From: Candidatus Scalindua sp.
GTDB lineage: Bacteria > Planctomycetota > Brocadiia > Brocadiales > Scalinduaceae
DNA: 32,000 nt
Direction of reading: 5' to 3'
NCBI GenBank assembly: GCA_031316235.1
Contig: JALDRA010000001.1
Location: forward strand, 1,050,001-1,082,000
Positions 25,967 through 32,000 of this stretch are shown here, piece after piece. The first letter of the stretch is position 1. Each line of letters begins with the position of its first letter. Made by a program: the position numbers and the translations under genes. Below the pieces are notes generated by a model that did no database searches, was not told the DNA's origin, and worked only from the letters and a program-made list of their open reading frames with translations.

Positions 25967-26929
25967 TTATGTTACAAAGTGGCACCGGAATTTATCAATA
26001 AATTCCGGCAATTGATCATCCGGTAACATATTAATACCAGCTGCCTTCGGTCTACCGCCTCCCGTTTCAAAGGAAGAACACAAAATATCCGCTCCCACCG
26101 GATTTGTTTCAGGCGCCCGAACGCTCACAAGCCACCCTGTTCCCTTTTTCCGCAATATTGCATGGGGACGGTTTGGGGATTGAGAGGACAACTGATTTGC
26201 ATAGGTACCGATCAATCTCCTTGCCCATTTTTCATCAGGCAGATAGAATATTGCCCCGTCCGACTGAAAATCTTCCCTAGGGATATCCTCTAAGTTTGAA
26301 AAATCTTCCTTAAACCCCTGCCTCAGATCTTTACATAACTGTGAAGATTGACAAAAATCAGATGGATCAACAAAATTCTTCATTTCCAGGTACACCTTTA
26401 AAGGGGAGAAGTGTAAATCTTCTATAGAATCACCATATGCGTTATAATTAATAAGCGTTCCCAACTCCTCCAACTCTTGTGTCTCTGACTCAGTGCAGCC
26501 AGCCTTCATGGCAAGTTCTGCACCAAGTTCATGCAGACTGTCTCCAAAAGCCCCCACCACCGCCCATTTCAGGAACTTCCCTTCCAGTAAACGATTTACG
26601 ATGTTGCTCGTACAGGTATTCGGAGCATGGTCTAAATGTAAAGTAAGACAAGGATGTTCCGGGAGTGGAGTACCTGCCTGATGATGATCAAACCAGGTAA
26701 TACGGTTTTGAAGATCTAAATGGGCATCTAAAAATTCACGATTTGATTTCAGCGATATATCAAAAACGGTTAGCTGTTGATCTTTTTGGGCCGGAATGTT
26801 TTCCAGTAGACTGATATCCCGCTTTACTCCCGTAATCAGAGTCGATTCAACAGGATCTGCCAAACGCCACTGATGAAGTGCAGTAATACCATCAGCATCA
26901 CCATTAAAGACATCAAAATACTGTATCAA
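25967..26929 (-). CDS. DHH/DHHA1-family phosphoesterase; candidate pAp/PAPS-related phosphatase by context
   Basis: 320 aa. The DHH motifs are FNGDADG (I), VFDISL (II), WFDHHQ (III) and GAFGD (IV). The DHHA1-like motif is GGGRPKAAG, with Arg in place of the usual His. The TTG start overlaps the cysNC stop (TTGA). Confidence 0.75.
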   Translation of the reverse strand: MIQYFDVFNGDADGITALHQWRLADPVESTLITGVKRDISLLENIPAQKDQQLTVFDISLKSNREFLDAHLDLQNRITWFDHHQAGTPLPEHPCLTLHLDHAPNTCTSNIVNRLLEGKFLKWAVVGAFGDSLHELGAELAMKAGCTESETQELEELGTLINYNAYGDSIEDLHFSPLKVYLEMKNFVDPSDFCQSSQLCKDLRQGFKEDFSNLEDIPREDFQSDGAIFYLPDEKWARRLIGTYANQLSSQSPNRPHAILRKKGTGWLVSVRAPETNPVGADILCSSFETGGGRPKAAGINMLPDDQLPEFIDKFRCHFVT

Positions 26930-28893
26930 TTCTTCAGTATCCCTTCATTCTGGAATTTTTCTATAATTATCTTGAGATTATCCTCAACAGATTTATGCTC
27001 AGAATCTATGATAAGCTCAGGATTAAGAGGCTCCTCGTATGGAGAGCTGATTCCCGTAAACTCGGGTATCTCTCCATTAATGGCCTTTTGATAGAGTCCC
27101 TTCGGATCCCGTTTTACACATGTTTTAAGACTGCAGTGGATAAAAACTTCAAAGAATTTTCCTTGTGGTATCAGTGCCCTGACTTGTTCTCTCTGACTTC
27201 TTAATGGAGAAATAAAAGTACATATCACAATAGAACCCTGTTCACAAAAGATCCTGGCAACTTCCCCTACACGTCTTATATTCTCCGTTCGATCCTCTCC
27301 TGAAAAACCGAGGTCTTTACAAAGGCCATGCCGCAGATTGTCTCCGTCCAACGCAGCAGTATGGCAACCCATATTATAGAGAGTCCGTTCAAGTTTCCTG
27401 GCGATAGTTGATTTACCTGCTCCTGACAAACCCGTCAACCAAATAACCGCAGATTTATGATTATTTTTTTCTTCCCGTTCTTCAAGAGAGATAAATGATT
27501 TTTCCGGAGTAATATTCATCGCCTTTATAACGGCATCTGACACTTTCCGCTCCGCATGTATCGTCTCTTCAATACTGCGCACAACACCCCGGATCATCCC
27601 TGCCCCAACGGTAAAATTTGTATCGGGATCAATAATGATAAAACTACCTGTCTCTCGGTTTTTGTTATACTGATCAAAAATAATTGGTTGGGTAATTTCT
27701 ATTTCTGCACGTCCTATCTCATTCAGCATCAAGGTGTCCACATCGGTACGATGTAATGTTTTCAACAACTCACAGAAAGGATTATGCTCTGTCGCATCAG
27801 TACGATGCAGAGTATTGACATCAAACATGTATACCAATTTTTTGATAAAACCATTTACCACCCGAGAGGTATGTTTGATGAAATAGTTTTTCCCAATCTT
27901 GAGGGGATCTTCTCCCATCCAACAGAGGATAACATCTATCTTTCTCTCAACGAGAGGAAGATTTTGGCGTCGAACGATCATATCTCCCCGGCTAATGTCT
28001 ATTTCATCTTCAAGTGACAAGACAACCGATTGCGGTGCACCCGCTTCACTCAGTTCACCATCCATGGTAGTGATAGTTTTCACTTTGGAAGTCAGACCGG
28101 AAGGCAACACAACTACTTCTTCTCCGGGATAGATGGTACCGGTAACAATCTTGCCCGCATACCCTCGGAAATTGAGATCTGGCCGTATAACATATTGAAC
28201 AGGGAATCTAAAGTCATGAAGATTCAAATCTGATCCAATATGGACATTTTCAAGCACATGTAATACGGTAGGGCCTTCATACCACGGAGTATGCACACTC
28301 TTTGAAACCACATTATCACCTTTTAATGCTGAAACAGGAATATAGGTAATGTCTCTTATATCAAGCTTCCGCGAATATTCATCGTATTCGGTAACTATTG
28401 ATTGATAAATCTCTTGAGAATAATCAACCAAATCAATCTTGTTAACGGCAACAATCATGTGGGAAACCTGCAGAAGACTGGCAATAAAACCATGTCTCCT
28501 TGATTGCTCAAGTATTCCTTTTCGTGCATCAATAAGGATTATGGCCAAATTGGCAGTAGAGGCTCCCGTAACCATGTTCCTGGTATACTGAACATGGCCT
28601 GGAGTATCAGCAATGATAAACTTTCTCTTCGAAGTCTGAAAATAACGATACGCAACATCAATCGTTATACCCTGCTCCCGCTCAGCAGCCAAACCATCAG
28701 TCAAGAGTGACAGGTCTATCTCTTCTTCACCCTTACGTTTTGCAATCTTTCTCACTGCAACAAGCTGGTCATCATATACATTGTTCGTCTCCATTAGGAT
28801 TCTTCCAATAAGAGTAGATTTCCCGTCATCTACGCTGCCAACGGTAGTAAACCGTAGCAAGTTGGCATTTCCTGATGTTTTCCGTAAATCCAT
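26926..28893 (-). CDS. cysNC: Bifunctional sulfate adenylyltransferase subunit 1 / adenylylsulfate (APS) kinase
   Basis: 655 aa. The GTPase G1 motif is GSVDDGKST, followed by DTPGH and NKID. The C-terminal APS kinase P-loop is GLSGAGKST. Confidence 0.93.
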   Translation of the reverse strand: MDLRKTSGNANLLRFTTVGSVDDGKSTLIGRILMETNNVYDDQLVAVRKIAKRKGEEEIDLSLLTDGLAAEREQGITIDVAYRYFQTSKRKFIIADTPGHVQYTRNMVTGASTANLAIILIDARKGILEQSRRHGFIASLLQVSHMIVAVNKIDLVDYSQEIYQSIVTEYDEYSRKLDIRDITYIPVSALKGDNVVSKSVHTPWYEGPTVLHVLENVHIGSDLNLHDFRFPVQYVIRPDLNFRGYAGKIVTGTIYPGEEVVVLPSGLTSKVKTITTMDGELSEAGAPQSVVLSLEDEIDISRGDMIVRRQNLPLVERKIDVILCWMGEDPLKIGKNYFIKHTSRVVNGFIKKLVYMFDVNTLHRTDATEHNPFCELLKTLHRTDVDTLMLNEIGRAEIEITQPIIFDQYNKNRETGSFIIIDPDTNFTVGAGMIRGVVRSIEETIHAERKVSDAVIKAMNITPEKSFISLEEREEKNNHKSAVIWLTGLSGAGKSTIARKLERTLYNMGCHTAALDGDNLRHGLCKDLGFSGEDRTENIRRVGEVARIFCEQGSIVICTFISPLRSQREQVRALIPQGKFFEVFIHCSLKTCVKRDPKGLYQKAINGEIPEFTGISSPYEEPLNPELIIDSEHKSVEDNLKIIIEKFQNEGILKN

Positions 28894-28895
28894 AG

Positions 28896-29798
28896 CTAGA
28901 AGTATCCCTCCTTTTTCTTATCTTCCATGGAGCTGTCAGTGGTAAGATCAATAATACGGTTTTCCCTTTCCGACTTCGTAGCCTGTTCAACTTCGGTAAT
29001 TATATCATCAATGGTCGTCGCATCTGATCGAACTGCCCCGGTACAGGGGCTACACCCCAAACTTCTAAATCGACACATAATTTTTTCAACCTTCTCGCCA
29101 GGTTTAAGATGAACCAAGTCGTTGTAGGGAACCAGGATACCATCCCTGTCAACTACCTCTCTCTCTTGCGCAAAATAAATCGGCACGATAGGTATCTCTT
29201 CACTTTTCAAGTAATACCAGACATCCATTTCCGTCCAATTACTTAAGGGAAAGACCCTGATAGATTCCCCTTCATTGATACGGCAATTATAGAGATTCCA
29301 GAGTTCCGGCCTTTGAAGTTTTGGATCCCACTGCCCAAATTGATCTCTAAAAGAAAAGATTCTTTCTTTAGCCCTTGACTTTTCTTCATCCCGACGGGCC
29401 CCCCCAAAGGCTGCATCAAACTTGTATTTCTTTATCGAATTCAGCAATCCTTGAGTCTTTAATTTGGCACAGCATTTATCAACCCCAAGCTTTTGGGGAT
29501 GAGCACCCTTGCTGATCCACTCCTCATTTCGTTCAACAATAAGCCTGCACCCAATTTCATTTACAAACCGATCACGAAACTCAATCATCTCCGGAAATTT
29601 ATAACCGGTATCAATGTGCATAAGTGGAAACGGAATCCGACCCGGATAAAAGGCTTTTTGAGCCAGACGAACCATGACTGCGGAATCCTTTCCTATCGAA
29701 TAAAGCATAACAGGATTCTTAAACTCAGCTACCACCTCACGAATAATATGGATGGACTCTGACTCAAGTTGTTTAAGATAGGGTAGAGTATTATTCAA
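28896..29798 (-). CDS. cysD: Sulfate adenylyltransferase subunit 2
   Basis: 300 aa. [15 protein letters not shown]...[12 protein letters not shown] is the PAPS-reductase-fold PP-loop (SxGKDS). The C-terminus is typical of CysD. Confidence 0.93.
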   Translation of the reverse strand: MNNTLPYLKQLESESIHIIREVVAEFKNPVMLYSIGKDSAVMVRLAQKAFYPGRIPFPLMHIDTGYKFPEMIEFRDRFVNEIGCRLIVERNEEWISKGAHPQKLGVDKCCAKLKTQGLLNSIKKYKFDAAFGGARRDEEKSRAKERIFSFRDQFGQWDPKLQRPELWNLYNCRINEGESIRVFPLSNWTEMDVWYYLKSEEIPIVPIYFAQEREVVDRDGILVPYNDLVHLKPGEKVEKIMCRFRSLGCSPCTGAVRSDATTIDDIITEVEQATKSERENRIIDLTTDSSMEDKKKEGYF

Positions 29799-30060
29799 AA
29801 GAGTTCTCCAAGATTAAAAATAGCCAGCCCCCGTTTGATTTCGCCAAGAATTGCCCAAGATTTCAAACTGGTACAGCAAAACATCAGTTATTAATGAGAG
29901 GGATACTTCACACTCAAAAACCATACCAAAGCTGGTGTGTAAAAAAAAACATGTTGCAATGTGCTTACACAACTACACTTGCAATATCATTCGGAGGAAC
30001 GAAGCTACAAAAGAAAAAATTTTTTTCCATAATTTTCAACACCTGTTGCATAAAACCACA

Positions 30061-31638
30061 CTAGTGTTTAAAGTGTCGCTCTCCAGCAAAAACCATGGCT
30101 ATACCATGTTCATCTGCAGCCATAATTACCTCATCATCTTTTTTAGATCCTCCAGGTTGAATTATGGCAACAACGCCATTCCTGGCCGCAATGTCAACAC
30201 TGTCTCGAAAAGGAAAAAATGCGTCTGAAGCTAAAACCGCTCCAGATGGCAGTACCCCAGCCTTTTGAATTGCGATATTGGTAGAATCAACCCGGCTCAT
30301 CTGTCCAGCACCAACTCCAACGACCATCTTATGGTGCGAAATAACTATGGCGTTTGACTTGACATGCTTGCACACCTTCCATGCAAATAACAGCTCCTCT
30401 ATTTCATCTTCAGACGGGGTCTTTTTTGTTACCACTTTAAGCTTGTCCTTTTGACCTGAAAGATCATCTTTGCCCTGAACCAACAAACCGCCGGTAACAC
30501 CTCTTAAAACCTTTGATCCCATTTCAGGTTTTAGATTGCGTAATGAACCGAGTTTTAGCAATCGAAGATCCTGACCCCACTTTCGTTTTTTCGTTAAAAT
30601 CTCCAACGCCTTATCATCAAATCCCGGCGCCGCAATCGCCTCTACAAAATGACCCGGTTCTGTAATGGCCTCAGCAGTCTTCTCGTCTATCACCCTGTTA
30701 ATACCCACAATACATCCGAAGGCTGATACGGGATCAGATTGATACGCCCTGGAAAAGGCCTCAGTAAGGGTATCAGCAGATGCAACACCGCAGGGGTTTG
30801 TATGTTTAATTAAAACAGCTGATGGTTGTTCAAATTCCTTGACAATCTCTATCGCAACATCAATATCTATGATGTTATTAAAAGAGAGCTCCTTACCATG
30901 CAACTGTTCAGCATTTGAAACACACGGTTCTTCAAAATTTTTATGCACATAAAACGCTGAAGATTGGTGAGGATTCTCTCCATATCGTAATTCCTGTTTT
31001 TTATCCAATTCAAGGCTGTATATTTCCGGATATTCAGCCTCCTTATCCATTGCAAAATAATTGGCAATTACTCTATCGTAATGACTCGTTTGATTAAATG
31101 CCTCCAATACCAGTTGTTGTCGGGTTTCAAGAGTAAGATCACCATTGTTCTCATTAAGTTCTCGTAATAATGATTCATAACGTCCCGGGTTAACGACTAC
31201 TGCAACATGCTTGAAATTTTTCGCAGCAGAACGAATCATCGATGGTCCTCCGATATCAATATTTTCGATCGCTTCTTCCTGGGTAACATTCTCCGCTTTA
31301 ACCGTCTTCTCAAAAGGATACAGATTAACCACTACAAGGTCGATAGTCCCGATACCCAGATTTTCTATCTGGCACATATGGTCTTTGTTATCCCTTACAG
31401 CCAAGAGTCCCCCATGAATCTTAGGGTGCAACGTTTTTACTCTCCCCCCCATTATTTCAGGAAAACCCGTATACTCAGATACCTCTATTACATCAATACC
31501 GTTTTCTCTTAATAATTTTGCCGTACCGCCGGTAGAAAGAATCTCAATATTGCGGTTTTTTAACCCCTTTGCCAGATTTACTATCCCTGACTTGTCTGAT
31601 ACGCTTATCAAGGCCCTCTTTATCTTATCCATAACCAA
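30061..31638 (-). CDS. purH: Bifunctional AICAR transformylase / IMP cyclohydrolase
   Basis: 525 aa. The sequence runs RALISVSDKSGIV...STGGTAK...GRVKTLHPKIHGG... to a ...ERHFKH C-terminus. Confidence 0.95.
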   Translation of the reverse strand: MVMDKIKRALISVSDKSGIVNLAKGLKNRNIEILSTGGTAKLLRENGIDVIEVSEYTGFPEIMGGRVKTLHPKIHGGLLAVRDNKDHMCQIENLGIGTIDLVVVNLYPFEKTVKAENVTQEEAIENIDIGGPSMIRSAAKNFKHVAVVVNPGRYESLLRELNENNGDLTLETRQQLVLEAFNQTSHYDRVIANYFAMDKEAEYPEIYSLELDKKQELRYGENPHQSSAFYVHKNFEEPCVSNAEQLHGKELSFNNIIDIDVAIEIVKEFEQPSAVLIKHTNPCGVASADTLTEAFSRAYQSDPVSAFGCIVGINRVIDEKTAEAITEPGHFVEAIAAPGFDDKALEILTKKRKWGQDLRLLKLGSLRNLKPEMGSKVLRGVTGGLLVQGKDDLSGQKDKLKVVTKKTPSEDEIEELLFAWKVCKHVKSNAIVISHHKMVVGVGAGQMSRVDSTNIAIQKAGVLPSGAVLASDAFFPFRDSVDIAARNGVVAIIQPGGSKKDDEVIMAADEHGIAMVFAGERHFKH

Positions 31639-31934
31639 TCCCCTTTACTCAGCTCTCGCCTGTACGATTCTTAACAGTTGGAGACATAATCACCTGCATA
31701 CTGTTGCATACTGTCCTCACGGTCCGTTCTAACCTACAGACCCCACGATACAAACCTCGAAAATAAAATCATTTACATGAATTCACAATGCTATCAAATC
31801 AATGTCTTTATGTCAAAAAAATAAACACAATAATTTGCTTGCTGGACATTTATGGGTTTGCTATCATTAAAATTTAAAGCGCTCGTACTATGAGCAAGTT
31901 TACGTAATGTCAAACCTGCAGAGGAGATATGATT

Positions 31935-32000
31935 ATGATGAGTAAGTATGTATTCTTTTTTGGTGATGGGCATGCTGAAGGTGATGCATCGATGAAGGTC
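31935..32000 (+). CDS. ppdK: Pyruvate, phosphate dikinase, N-terminal 22 codons (runs off the window)
   Basis: M(M)SKYVFFFGDGHAEGDASMKV resembles the conserved PPDK N-terminus (KYVY.F..G.AEG...MK). GAGGAG lies at 31921-31926. ATG 31929, 31935 and 31938 are all in frame. Confidence 0.7.
   Translation, partial: MMSKYVFFFGDGHAEGDASMKV

Noticed and set aside
1-32000. A search by eye for CRISPR arrays, tRNA/rRNA genes (GTTCGAATC-type T-arms) and obvious riboswitch cores upstream of purH, cysD and mtnP.
   Set aside because: I saw no regularly spaced direct repeats and no convincing tRNA T-arm or acceptor context. A covariance-model scan (tRNAscan-SE/Infernal) would be needed to exclude them formally.

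Overview
This is an AT-rich bacterial chromosomal window. I cannot assign a taxon from the sequence alone.

Conserved housekeeping genes sit at both ends:
- Left end: a partial aldehyde dehydrogenase, greA and a vWA protein.
- Right end: a MoxR-DUF58-BatD-like-vWA-TPR (Bat-type) cluster, mtnP, a SemiSWEET, an MBL-rhodanese sulfur enzyme, a PilZ protein, a cysD-cysNC-DHH operon, purH and the start of ppdK.

Between about 3.1 and 16.2 kb lies a mosaic accessory segment. It holds a decayed AAA ATPase, three decayed copies of one RayT/IS200-like Y1 transposase family and a palindromic REP/MITE-like element. It also holds a DDE transposase remnant, an apparently intact IS701-like IS, a second small MITE-like repeat, a DUF4258/YgiT toxin-antitoxin pair and an IS66::vapC chimeric remnant. 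The same segment carries a VOC gene and a TetR-MFP-RND efflux operon.

The most unusual object is a single 1591-codon frame. A complete RND permease runs, without a stop, into an intact lipoprotein signal peptide with a lipobox and then a full NodT-type outer-membrane factor.

Other points worth a second look:
- An in-frame TAA at codon 10 of the cognate TetR.
- A one-gene GC-rich island (MBL-rhodanese-DUF2892).
- A DHH/DHHA1 protein translationally coupled to cysNC.
- A BatD-like/DUF4381-like fusion in the MoxR cluster.
- A nested MITE and IS insertion that can be reconstructed from paralogous sequence.

I found no rRNA, tRNA or CRISPR array by eye. All family assignments come from motif recognition in the translated ORFs, not from database searches.
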